Shown here: piece by piece, positions 33,893 through 43,094 of the stretch
How the letters are laid out: every line of letters starts with the position of its first letter
Numbering within the stretch: position 1 is the stretch's first letter
Origin: Naegleria gruberi
Taxonomy: Eukaryota
Strand: one strand, 5' to 3'
Length of the DNA stretch: 64,000 nt
Assembly: GCA_000004985.1 (NCBI GenBank)
Contig: GG738906.1
Notes under the pieces: model-generated
Seen by the model: the letters and a program-made list of their open reading frames with translations, nothing else
What the model was told of the DNA's origin: nothing
The model's database searches: none
Translations under genes and position numbers: made by a program

Positions 33893-33990
33893 ATAATCCT
33901 TTGAGTTATTTGAAACATCAGCTGGGGACTTCTCTACGTCAGTATTTAGATATCTATTCTTTTGGAATATGAGGAAGATTTAGTATGAGT
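33893..33990. repeat. Degenerate ~100-bp duplicate of coding segment 22939..23050 from gene 22845..24062
   Basis: The copy reads aataatcctttgagttatttgaaa-catcagctggggacttctctac-gtcagtatttagatatctattcttttggaatatgaggaagatttagta. The source reads agtaatcctttgagttatttgaaagaaacatcagctaaaggacttctctacttttgtaagcaaacaccgtcagtatttagatctattcttttggaatatgaggaagatttagta. They are about 90% identical with a 17-nt deletion and small indels. The copy is non-coding and sits in the 3' spacer directly after the stop of gene 30092..33892. Confidence 0.6.
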
Positions 33991-34016
33991 TGTTTCATCA
34001 AAATACAATTTTTTAT

Positions 34017-36797
34017 TTAGATTTTACATTTGCTAACAGAAACAAGTTGCTTAACAACCTTCTTTCCGAGAGTAGTGACAGTATCCTTATTTCTAATTGG
34101 ACATTTTCCTGCAAGCTTCAATTTTCTTACCAACTTGAGAATTCGTTTAGGAAGGTGCTTCTTTGGATCAAACTTTCTGCCCAATCTTCTCTTTAATCTG
34201 AGGACACGTCTCAACATTCTCTTGATTCTCTTAACAGTCTTCTTCTTTACAACAACAGCGGAAGCTCTCTTGATAGCAATGGTCAACCTACGTGGGGTTG
34301 GTTTCAATGCTCTCTTCAAAGTCTTCTTTTGGGCCTTCTTGGCAGCTTTGTTGGCAGACTTCTTAGCCTTCTTGACAAGTTTGTTAATCTTTTTAGCTTT
34401 CTTGTTGACTCTATTGCAAGCTCTTTTGGCAGCTCTTCTAGCACGTCTAGCATTCTTTTTAGCAAGTTTATAAGCACGAATATCACTCTTCTTACCAGTC
34501 TTTTCAGCACGTCTCAAGAGTTTCTTGACAAGTTTTCTGGCCTTTCTAGCTTGCTTCTTCAATCTTCTAGCAATTCTTCTCAATTTTCTGATAAATCTCT
34601 TTTGCTTCTTGATGGCAGCACGTTTCTTCTTCAAAACAGCCTTCTTAGCTTGCTTGGCAGCCTTCTTTGCCTTCTTAATAGCAGCACGTCTCTTCTTTTG
34701 TTGAGAACGTTTAAGTGCCTTCTTGGCCTTTCTAACTCTTCTCTTTTGCTTTCTTTCAGAACGCTTGATTGACTTCTTTTGAGACTTTTTAACTACACGC
34801 TTCTTTTGTTGTTTCTTTTGAGAATTCTTCTTAGCAGCTCTTCTGGCAAGTCTAGCAGCTTTTCTAGCAATTCTTCTTTGTCTGACAAGTCTTCTCTTAG
34901 CCTCTCTTCTAGCACGTCTAGCAGCTCTTTCAGCATTTCTTCTACGAAGTCTAGCAGCTCTCTTGGCTTGTCTAGCACGTCTTCTAGCAATTCTTATGGC
35001 ACGTCTAGAAGCTTGATCACCAGTTGGCTTTTGTTTCTTTTGTTTCTTTTGTTTCTTTTGAGCCTTCTTGGCGGCCTTCTTAGCCTTCTTTTCAGCCTTT
35101 TTAATCTTCTTTGTCCATTTCTTGGTCTTCTTATCATGGAGTTTTTCAAGTTTAGCAATAACCTTAGCAATCTTCTTACCAATCTTATCACCAGTTTGAA
35201 CTTGATCAGCAACACAAGCTCTGAAAGCCAATGGATGGAGTCTGGCAGAAATACCAGCCTTCTTACAAGTCTTGGTGGCCTTCTTCACAGCTTTCTTAGT
35301 GGCCTTCTTTGGTTTAGTATTTCTTTCAATTTGTCTATTAATATGATCATGTAAAACACCAGTAGCTGATTTTTCAATAAAAGCCTTACTGACACACAAA
35401 CCAGATTCAAATTCAACATCCTTTGGTGAGTCAACAATCAAAGAAATATGACCAAATGAACCCATAGATTGTTTCCATGAAGGAGCTCTATACCAAGTAG
35501 CAGTCAAGTGAACATCATTGAGAGAAACAATCATTGAAGTTTGAGAAACTCTCTTGAATGAAGCACCATTACCCAAGTCATTGACCTTACCTACTTCAAC
35601 AACAGCTTCCTTACCATCAACATAGAATTTGTCATCTTCAACATTATATTCAACAATTCTATCGTTATTGAGTTTAACAGCAACAGCAGTATTGACACTG
35701 ACAGCACCCCATCTACCAGTTCTAGAGTGAGCAACAAATTTACCATCTTTAGTAGCAGCCAAAACGTAATCACCCTTTCCGTAGAAATCGTATGCACGTC
35801 CTCTGAAGTCGACATAATGTGGATCTCCTTCTGATTTACACTTTACAAATACTTGCTTCTTCTTAATCTTCTTTTCCAATTTCTTTTGCTTCTTATCAGC
35901 AGCCTTTTCAACCTTCTTAATTACCTTGGCAATAGTTTCACCAATTTTAGTACCAGATTGAATTTGATCAGTGACGCAAGCCTTGTAAGCTCTGGCATGG
36001 ACAGATTTATGAATACCAACCTTCTTACAGGTTTCCTTAGCTTTTTCAAGTTGTTCTGGTGTAGCCTTTTTTGGTTTCTTACTTCTGACAATTTGTCTTG
36101 AAATATGATCATGCAACAAACCATTTGCAGACTTGTTAACATCATTCTTGTTAACACACATGCCTTCAGTGAATTTAACAGTACGTGGAGCTTCAACAAC
36201 CAAAGAAATATGTCCAAATGAACCCATAGATTGTTTCCAACCTGGATTTCTATACCAGGTAGCAATTAATGAAGCTTGATTCTTAGCAACAACAGTTAAT
36301 TGAGTTGCAGAATTACGGGTAGCAGAAGCTTCACCACCCAAAGTAACTTTTTCACCAACACCAATATTCATTTCCTTTCCATCAAGATAGAACTTATCAT
36401 CTTCAACATTGTATTCAATAGTGTTCATATTATTAACACGAACAGCAATAGCAGTATTGACACTAACTCTTCCCCATTGGCCAGTTCTAGAGTGAGCAAT
36501 AAAATTACCATCTTCAGTTGAAGCTAAAATATAATCTCCCTTTCCATAATGATCATAATAAACACCACCAAAGGTAGTAAGATGTGGATCTCCTTCAGAT
36601 TTACATTTTTGAATAGATGTTTCAACAATTGGTTGACTTGCTGAAATTTTGGTAGCTCTTTTTCCAATAATTCTTCGTAAAACTTGACCAATTTTACCAC
36701 CTCTTCTAGATTCAACTTGGTTTGATGAGAAGATAACTAACAAAACCAAGGAAACAAGAAGGAGAGCGGTGACAGTTTTAAAGTTGGCACCTCTCAT
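34017..36797 (-). CDS. Secreted or membrane protein with two tandem GDPH/VWD-like domains and a ~430-aa polybasic K/R/A-rich C-terminal tail
   Basis: The ORF is 926 aa. The N-terminus is a hydrophobic signal (MRGANFKTVTALLLVSLVLLVIFSS). Repeat 1 starts CKSEGDPHLTTFGGVYYDHYGKGDYILASTEDGNFIAHSRTGQWG. Repeat 2 starts CKSEGDPHYVDFRGRAYDFYGKGDYVLAATKDGKFVAHSRTGRWG. Each repeat is followed by a conserved TCKK[VA]GI...ACV[TA]DQ[IV]Q[ST]G.KIG..IAKVI linker. The tail is almost pure K/R/A, for example RRARQAKRAARLRRRNAERAARRARREAKRR and KKAKKAAKQAKKAVLKKKRAAIKKQKRFIRKLRRIARRLKK. Confidence 0.6.
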   Translation of the reverse strand: MRGANFKTVTALLLVSLVLLVIFSSNQVESRRGGKIGQVLRRIIGKRATKISASQPIVETSIQKCKSEGDPHLTTFGGVYYDHYGKGDYILASTEDGNFIAHSRTGQWGRVSVNTAIAVRVNNMNTIEYNVEDDKFYLDGKEMNIGVGEKVTLGGEASATRNSATQLTVVAKNQASLIATWYRNPGWKQSMGSFGHISLVVEAPRTVKFTEGMCVNKNDVNKSANGLLHDHISRQIVRSKKPKKATPEQLEKAKETCKKVGIHKSVHARAYKACVTDQIQSGTKIGETIAKVIKKVEKAADKKQKKLEKKIKKKQVFVKCKSEGDPHYVDFRGRAYDFYGKGDYVLAATKDGKFVAHSRTGRWGAVSVNTAVAVKLNNDRIVEYNVEDDKFYVDGKEAVVEVGKVNDLGNGASFKRVSQTSMIVSLNDVHLTATWYRAPSWKQSMGSFGHISLIVDSPKDVEFESGLCVSKAFIEKSATGVLHDHINRQIERNTKPKKATKKAVKKATKTCKKAGISARLHPLAFRACVADQVQTGDKIGKKIAKVIAKLEKLHDKKTKKWTKKIKKAEKKAKKAAKKAQKKQKKQKKQKPTGDQASRRAIRIARRRARQAKRAARLRRRNAERAARRARREAKRRLVRQRRIARKAARLARRAAKKNSQKKQQKKRVVKKSQKKSIKRSERKQKRRVRKAKKALKRSQQKKRRAAIKKAKKAAKQAKKAVLKKKRAAIKKQKRFIRKLRRIARRLKKQARKARKLVKKLLRRAEKTGKKSDIRAYKLAKKNARRARRAAKRACNRVNKKAKKINKLVKKAKKSANKAAKKAQKKTLKRALKPTPRRLTIAIKRASAVVVKKKTVKRIKRMLRRVLRLKRRLGRKFDPKKHLPKRILKLVRKLKLAGKCPIRNKDTVTTLGKKVVKQLVSVSKCKI

Positions 36798-37182
36798 TGT
36801 TTTGTATTGTGTGTATTTTTACGTTTTTTTTAATGATGTTTTTTCTCTCTTGTGAAATGGGCATTTTAACGAAACAAGTGACAAGAAACGAATCCAGTGA
36901 TTTTAAATAGGGTGACACGACATTTGATTGGGTCAACTGTTGATGATTTTATTGTGGGCTTTTCTTACAATAGTTCAGTATTTTACCAGGATCAATGGAT
37001 AGTTTGTTGGTCTTACCAGACCATGTTGAAATAATATTAAAATAAATAATTTAAATAATTAATTCTAGTAATTTATTACAAAATGAAATATTTACAAATT
37101 ATTCTTCAGTAATCTACAAACAGTACTAGTGAATGATGACACTTCTGAACAAACCTAGGTGTTGAAAAAAAATTGGAATTGT

Positions 37183-38199
37183 TTAAAAGTCATCATCCAA
37201 TCTGAAAACCTTATCCTTCTTTGAGGACATGATATTTGCCTTGGCATATTCACCAACTTTCTTTTCAAAGAAGTTTGTCTTACCACTAACAGAAATAATG
37301 TTCATCCAATCGAATGGATTTGGAGAATTGTAAATCTTATCATAACCAAGGGATACCAAAAGTCTATCAGCAACCATTTCAATGTATTGTTGCATTAAAC
37401 GAGAGTTCATACCAATCAAATCTACTGGCAAACTTTCACAAATGAATTCCTTTTCAATTTCAACAGCTTCAGAAACTAGTGAGTGAACAACTTGTTGCGG
37501 CAATTTGGTAAACTTCAATGTGGAATATAATAAACAGGCAAAATCAGTGTGTAATCCTTCATCACGGGAGATTAATTCATTGGAGAATGCCAAACCAGGC
37601 ATGAGACCACGTTTCTTCAACCAAAAAATGGAACAGAAAGAACCAGAGAAGAAAATACCTTCAACACAAGCAAAGGCCAATAAACGTTCGGCAAATAAAT
37701 TCTCATTATTGATCCATTTCATAGCCCAACGTGCCTTCTTTTGTACAGATGGAACAGTATCAATGGCATTGAACAAACGATGTCTTTCTCTTTGATCCTT
37801 TATCAAAGTTTCAATGAGTGTACTATACATTTCAGCATGGATATTTTCAATAGCAATTTGGAAACCGTAGAAACATCTCGCTTCTGGTATTTGTACCTCA
37901 GCCATAAATTGTTGGCACAAATTTTCATTGACAATACCGTCGGACGCAGCAAAGAAAGCTAAAACACTCTTGATAAAGTGTTGTTCGTTTGGTGTCAAGG
38001 TGGTCCATTGTGTAATATCAGTGTGAAGATCAACTTCTTCAGCAGTCCAGAAGGATGCCATGGCCTTCTTATACATTTCCCAAATCTTTGGATATTCGAG
38101 AGGGAATAAGACAAAACGGTGTGGATTTTCCTTCAAGAGGGCTTCTTCCTTTTCTAATTGCTTGTATTGGTCAAATAATTTGGGATCCATAAAATTCAT
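37183..38199 (-). CDS. RRM2: Ribonucleoside-diphosphate reductase small subunit (R2)
   Basis: The ORF is 338 aa. It contains [30 protein letters not shown], an iron-ligand region ([38 protein letters not shown]) and a C-terminal FRLDDDF, all typical of R2. Confidence 0.9.
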   Translation of the reverse strand: MNFMDPKLFDQYKQLEKEEALLKENPHRFVLFPLEYPKIWEMYKKAMASFWTAEEVDLHTDITQWTTLTPNEQHFIKSVLAFFAASDGIVNENLCQQFMAEVQIPEARCFYGFQIAIENIHAEMYSTLIETLIKDQRERHRLFNAIDTVPSVQKKARWAMKWINNENLFAERLLAFACVEGIFFSGSFCSIFWLKKRGLMPGLAFSNELISRDEGLHTDFACLLYSTLKFTKLPQQVVHSLVSEAVEIEKEFICESLPVDLIGMNSRLMQQYIEMVADRLLVSLGYDKIYNSPNPFDWMNIISVSGKTNFFEKKVGEYAKANIMSSKKDKVFRLDDDF

Positions 38200-38779
38200 C
38201 TTGTATGATGCTGGAGTAACTCTATTCGGATATCTTTTGTTTTTTCACCACAAAGTGTTATTGTGTTTTTTTTTTGGATTTTGTTTGTTACGAGTGTAGG
38301 CTGGAAGTGTTTTAAAGTTGCAAAGTTTGTAACGGTTTTGTAATGATTAAAAAACTAACCGTTATAAAATTGAATTTCGATACCATCTAAAAATATTTTT
38401 CTTTGTCTCAATTTATTGGTGCATATTTTGTTTATCACACCTCATTCCTTTATTATTTGATAAAACTAATAATCTTGTTCATTAATGCCTAAAGCTCTTT
38501 GTCAGGATTCTTTGGTATTGTATCAAAAATTGAACTCCATTATTACGTCTGCAAAACACAACAGAATTTCAAAGGTTGCGTGCTGATGTGAACAAGAGAA
38601 AACTTTTTCTTTACAGTTATAATACGAAAAAAATTACATCTCTCCTTCGTACTTCAAATTCAAAATCATCTCTGTTGTCTATATGGCAAAAAGCTTTAAG
38701 GAAAACTCTTGCTACCAGTAGAAATACTTGTTCTAGTAGTGTAGTAATTTGTATTGTTGCATCGGCTGGGTGATACACA

Positions 38780-40819
38780 ATGGGAGGAGCTCTATTTAGA
38801 ACATGTGGAGCTCAGGACAATAACATTATAACACACAAACCCTTAGTAAATGTTGATGACTCTCCAAATCTTTCCTCAACAACACCCTTAAAACAACAAC
38901 GAAAATCTATTGTTGATTCTAGGACATCCCTCCTAAAATCATCTCTTTCATCTCCTTCTAAACTTTCAATAGGGCACTCTACTCACAAACATGACCCTGA
39001 CCTAAATCCTCTTGTAAATAAGACCTCCAGGCATGATAGGCATCTTGCAGCAATAGCTGCAATTGCAAATAGCACCGAAATGATCTCTAACACCTATCCT
39101 CAAATGAATGATGAAGTGCTATCATTCTCTCAATCAAAACAACCGGTTTTGAGAAAGGGAAGAACCCTTTCTATTCTTTCCTCTTCAGTAACTACAGAAA
39201 CTCTGAAGGATGTATCTCCTCTACTCAACGAGACTACAACAATAGAATTGAATCCAGGAAATAGTTGTTCAAACCATCCAATTTCACAACCAATTCAAAT
39301 AGTTGCAATTAATCCTAATTTCACCAATCCTTCTGATGTTTCAAGCAATACTAGTGGTGGTGGTACAGGTGGCGGAGGAAAAATAAGAGTTGTAAATTTG
39401 ACAGACACAGAAGATACTCTAACTGAGGATGGATATGTTTATTACGGAACTCTTAATGACAAGTTTAAAAATTTTAGGGCATCACTAACAAACTCTCATT
39501 CCTTTACATTATCATCAAGTATTAATAGGCAATCAATGGGCTCTCTAAAGAGAGGAACCACTCCAACACCCGTTTCGGCTGGCTTGACAATGTTTGTTAA
39601 TAATCATGAAACTCCTGATGAAGAAGGGTTAGACTTTTCCTCAATAAGTACATCTTCCCTTGTGAGTGATGCTGAAAATGATATTTGTAACTTTGTTCCG
39701 TCTTCCTCCTCAAACTCTACATCAGGAACAAGTGACACACCTCTTTTTGAACCTCAATCATCTCAAGAACTTCCAATGTTTAATAGAAAAAGTGTTGATC
39801 TAAGGACATCCCAGAAATCTGATACTGTAAGGTCTTCAACTGGAAAAAGAATACCACTAAGTAAGAGATATGGTACAGTTACTGATTTAAATCAGGCGAT
39901 CATGGAAGAAGAGCAACATATTAGATCTATTTCTGTTACACATTCTCTATCTTTAAAATCAAAACTGAACAAGCTACAAAAAGAAGTACAAACAGTTTCT
40001 CAACTCAATCACTCAATGAACGAAGATGCCTCTCTCAAATCTCTAAAAGATTCATCCAACATATCCTCTAAGCGAACAACAACTCCCAACAAAAATAATA
40101 GAAGAAAAGCAATGACTCCAAATCCAGAATCTAAACGAATTCCAATGACTGATGAAAAACCGATGGTCATGAGTATGAGTTTAACTAATTTATTCTCCAA
40201 TACAAAATCAGTTTCCTGTTCTCCTGAGATCAGTCTATCTCCTTCTTTAGACAATCCCAGGGACTCATTCAAGAAAAGATCAATGTTTTATAACAGCACT
40301 CAAAACTTTTGGAATGAGAACCATTCCAATGACACATTCAAAGAACCCTCTGTCAAAAAGTCCCTTGATCATTTTAACTCTAATGTTAGGTCATCCGTTT
40401 CAATGATAACTACTGGCCCAATAAGACCAACTCTCCCTTCAATAGGAAAAAAGAAAGAACTTCCCCTAATAATTGATACTTTAACTAACAGGATTACAAC
40501 GTCATCACCCACCCAATTAAGTGTTTTCAAATCATTCAATAATGAAACACCAGAGAGATCGACCGCTCCTACCACAGATACCAATGTTGGAAATTTAGAA
40601 GTGAAAATAATAATAGAATCACCAAATGAATCACCCTCTCTACAACCAAATAGAAAAGCTCCTCTTACATTAAAACAATTGAAAAAACAACGTCTTCAAC
40701 AATTAAAAGAAAAGAAGGAAACAGAGGAAAGAATGATGGAATCTTTGATGGAAGAACAATCTGAAATTAACAACTACCTCAAAGCAATATACAACCATGA
40801 ATATTACGACATTTCATAA
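38780..40819 (+). CDS. S/T/N-rich low-complexity protein of unknown function
   Basis: The ORF is 679 aa and starts MGGALFRTCG. It has long S/T/N/P tracts and a GGGTGGGG run, with no recognisable domain. Confidence 0.4.
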   Translation: MGGALFRTCGAQDNNIITHKPLVNVDDSPNLSSTTPLKQQRKSIVDSRTSLLKSSLSSPSKLSIGHSTHKHDPDLNPLVNKTSRHDRHLAAIAAIANSTEMISNTYPQMNDEVLSFSQSKQPVLRKGRTLSILSSSVTTETLKDVSPLLNETTTIELNPGNSCSNHPISQPIQIVAINPNFTNPSDVSSNTSGGGTGGGGKIRVVNLTDTEDTLTEDGYVYYGTLNDKFKNFRASLTNSHSFTLSSSINRQSMGSLKRGTTPTPVSAGLTMFVNNHETPDEEGLDFSSISTSSLVSDAENDICNFVPSSSSNSTSGTSDTPLFEPQSSQELPMFNRKSVDLRTSQKSDTVRSSTGKRIPLSKRYGTVTDLNQAIMEEEQHIRSISVTHSLSLKSKLNKLQKEVQTVSQLNHSMNEDASLKSLKDSSNISSKRTTTPNKNNRRKAMTPNPESKRIPMTDEKPMVMSMSLTNLFSNTKSVSCSPEISLSPSLDNPRDSFKKRSMFYNSTQNFWNENHSNDTFKEPSVKKSLDHFNSNVRSSVSMITTGPIRPTLPSIGKKKELPLIIDTLTNRITTSSPTQLSVFKSFNNETPERSTAPTTDTNVGNLEVKIIIESPNESPSLQPNRKAPLTLKQLKKQRLQQLKEKKETEERMMESLMEEQSEINNYLKAIYNHEYYDIS

Positions 40820-41108
40820 ATATGAAGTTGATTTATTGGATCTTATATCTTATAATTAACCCATCTAAAACCACAAAATGGCAATAATGCAGTTCGTACG
40901 TTCCAGCAATGAGTTTCAAAAAAAAACGCTCAATAAGCTTCTTCATCTCCTAAGGTTTTTAAAATAATCAGAGAAGATTTTAAAACACCTTTTCAAAATA
41001 TTAAATATTTAATATGAAAGAAAAATTCTTTCAATTCATCATTTCATAACAGCAAATACATCAAAACATTAATATATTTATCAAACGAGGATTGGGAAAA
41101 ATTTTAAT

Positions 41109-42050
41109 ATGGGTTCTTGCATTTCTTCAACTTCATCAATTGGAAGACAATATAGATCCTCAAAAACCAAGTCACCTTATTTCGAAAAAACCCCTACTAG
41201 AGCACCTTCTAAGAAGGGTAGTATGAAAAGAACACTTTCATCTTCAAGGAAGGCTCTCGAATGTTACTTGACGACAAGAAGAGAGGAAACAACAAATGAT
41301 ACACTTCCGGAAACTCTATCAAGAGCCTCTTCAAATATTTCTCCAATTACACCAAGTAGTAATTCTTCTCTTGTGGTATCAAGATTTAATACATTCAACA
41401 GCAATGTTGGAGGAAGTGAAATGTCTAGGAAGAGCTCATCAAACACAAAACCTCTTGACATTGATACAAAAAGAGAGGAAACACTTAAAAAAAGGAGAAA
41501 ATCTACCCTTAATATTGCAGATTCATTCATTACATCATCTTCACCTTTAAATAATAGCTCTGATAAACCTCCAACAATTTTCATTGGAAATAGTAATTCC
41601 TTATCGGACACTCCAATGATAAGGGTTGAGTCTGCAGAGAATAATCTAGATGAACCAGAGAGTCCAGAGGAAGAAAACGAAGATTGTTACATCTTTGCAG
41701 ATTCTTTTTGGTTTAACAGAGAAATTGATCCTGCTGGTGATTTGAGAGGTAGAGCAAAATCAATTGATGAAACTCTACCAAAAATCATACCAGCATTTAC
41801 ATTGAAACATCCTTATATGGATGGAGAAGAGGAATATTATGGAATAGAAGAAGGAGCTTCTGAAATGTCAAAAACATTTTCATTCAATTCTTCAAATAAT
41901 GAAACATGCTACACTGCAGGTGCTATTGGTGTTTTTGCAACAGAAGATGAACTGAAAAGACACGAAATGGATGAGCTCATTAATTTAAGGACAACAATAG
42001 CAAATGAAGAGCTAGAGCAGCTTAAATTGTACGAGTTTCCAACATGGTAA
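41109..42050 (+). CDS. Ser-rich protein with a predicted N-myristoylation/palmitoylation motif (MGSCIS)
   Basis: The ORF is 313 aa. It begins MGSCISSTSS, with Gly2, Cys4 and Ser6, which is an SH4-like dual-lipidation pattern. The ORF ends at a GTAAGC-like site, so a further 3' exon is possible. Confidence 0.4.
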   Translation: MGSCISSTSSIGRQYRSSKTKSPYFEKTPTRAPSKKGSMKRTLSSSRKALECYLTTRREETTNDTLPETLSRASSNISPITPSSNSSLVVSRFNTFNSNVGGSEMSRKSSSNTKPLDIDTKREETLKKRRKSTLNIADSFITSSSPLNNSSDKPPTIFIGNSNSLSDTPMIRVESAENNLDEPESPEEENEDCYIFADSFWFNREIDPAGDLRGRAKSIDETLPKIIPAFTLKHPYMDGEEEYYGIEEGASEMSKTFSFNSSNNETCYTAGAIGVFATEDELKRHEMDELINLRTTIANEELEQLKLYEFPTW

Positions 42051-42300
42051 GCAGCCAATTTTAAAGTGCAAAAAAGAAATGCACTGGTTTGGAAAAATCG
42101 TGATAGATTTAGAATTGTGGAAATTGAGTCGAAAATACTATAGTTTTTTAACTCAGAACAATTCAAAAAAATTATATTTTTGAATTTTACATTAATGTCA
42201 TTCATTTCTTTTGATAATGAAATGCTAACTTTCTGCAATTATTCAAATCCAATAAAATTGTAAACACTATCTCTGAGATTAAACTCTTAATTGTAAACTG

Positions 42301-42561
42301 TTAAATATCGTCATCAGTTGTTTTAGGTTTGGCTGACTCTTCCAATTTTTTAGTTCCTTTAAGTCTAAACCTTCTATCAATAAGAGATCTTTTACATAGG
42401 TTTAAACGCTCTCTTTCATTCATACACTCCGATGGAAATAATTCAGGTTTTAAACAATCAGTAAAAGTTGTTCCAGGTTTTCTAATACACTCCGAATATT
42501 TTAAAACACAATCAATGAAATCCTGACGAGCTCCAGCACAAGGAACCTTTTCACTGCTCAT
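42301..42561 (-). CDS. CHCH-fold small protein with three Cx9-10C pairs, probably in the mitochondrial intermembrane space (MTCP1/CMC4-like)
   Basis: The protein is 86 aa. It contains CAGARQDFIDC (Cx9C), CIRKPGTTFTDC (Cx10C) and CMNERERLNLC (Cx9C). Confidence 0.5.
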   Translation of the reverse strand: MSSEKVPCAGARQDFIDCVLKYSECIRKPGTTFTDCLKPELFPSECMNERERLNLCKRSLIDRRFRLKGTKKLEESAKPKTTDDDI

Positions 42562-42668
42562 TTTTTTTATGTGAGAAATTGATTGAGTTTTGTTTTTGGT
42601 TTAAGTTGTGTGTCTATTGTTGGGAGGGAAAATGCAGTCTCCAACTTTTAATTTGTTGAATATATAAA

Positions 42669-42935
42669 CTATTTCCAAGTGAAAATTGAAAAACCACTCG
42701 TATGAATACTTTGTTGACTAGTTGCAATTCTGTCGGCAATTTTCTTTTTTTCAAATTCCAAAGTGGACATACAATTTTTGTATTCATCGAAGAGAGTAGA
42801 GCATTGCCTAGTTGTTCTATTCGCAAAAACTTCATCTTGTTTTGACTGTTCTACACATAATAACGCTCTCTTTCCACTTTCTTCGCATGGATTATTGTTG
42901 GTCCATCTACTGATGGATATTGGAGTGAGCGACAT
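42669..42935 (-). CDS. Twin Cx9C (CHCH) protein, probably a substrate of the mitochondrial IMS Mia40 pathway (COX-assembly / Mdm35-TRIAP1-like)
   Basis: The protein is 88 aa. It contains CEESGKRALLC and CSTLFDEYKNC, two Cx9C pairs about 20 residues apart. Confidence 0.5.
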   Translation of the reverse strand: MSLTPISISRWTNNNPCEESGKRALLCVEQSKQDEVFANRTTRQCSTLFDEYKNCMSTLEFEKKKIADRIATSQQSIHTSGFSIFTWK

Positions 42936-43094
42936 TTTTTAATAAATTGTTTGTTAATAAAAACACAATTATTTATTACTCTTGCATTCTAATAATTAAC
43001 AAACAATAATTAATTAATTATATTTATTCTCTCTTGGGCAGTGCAATTTCTACATAGAAAATTCTGTGGTGCATTAATAATTTTGAATTAAAAA

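Noticed and set aside
34030-35354. Three long plus-strand ORFs (147, 147 and 191 aa) rich in L/S/F, overlapping the polybasic region
   Set aside because: They are the antisense mirror of the AAG/AAA/AGA-rich Lys/Arg coding sequence, since CTT/TTT/TCT encode L/F/S. They lack start or splice context and have no domain content. They are frame-shadow artefacts of low-complexity DNA.
38576-38773. A 65-aa ORF just upstream of the S/T-rich gene
   Set aside because: It has no homology and sits in the promoter or 5' leader region. It is more likely a non-coding leader or uORF than a gene.
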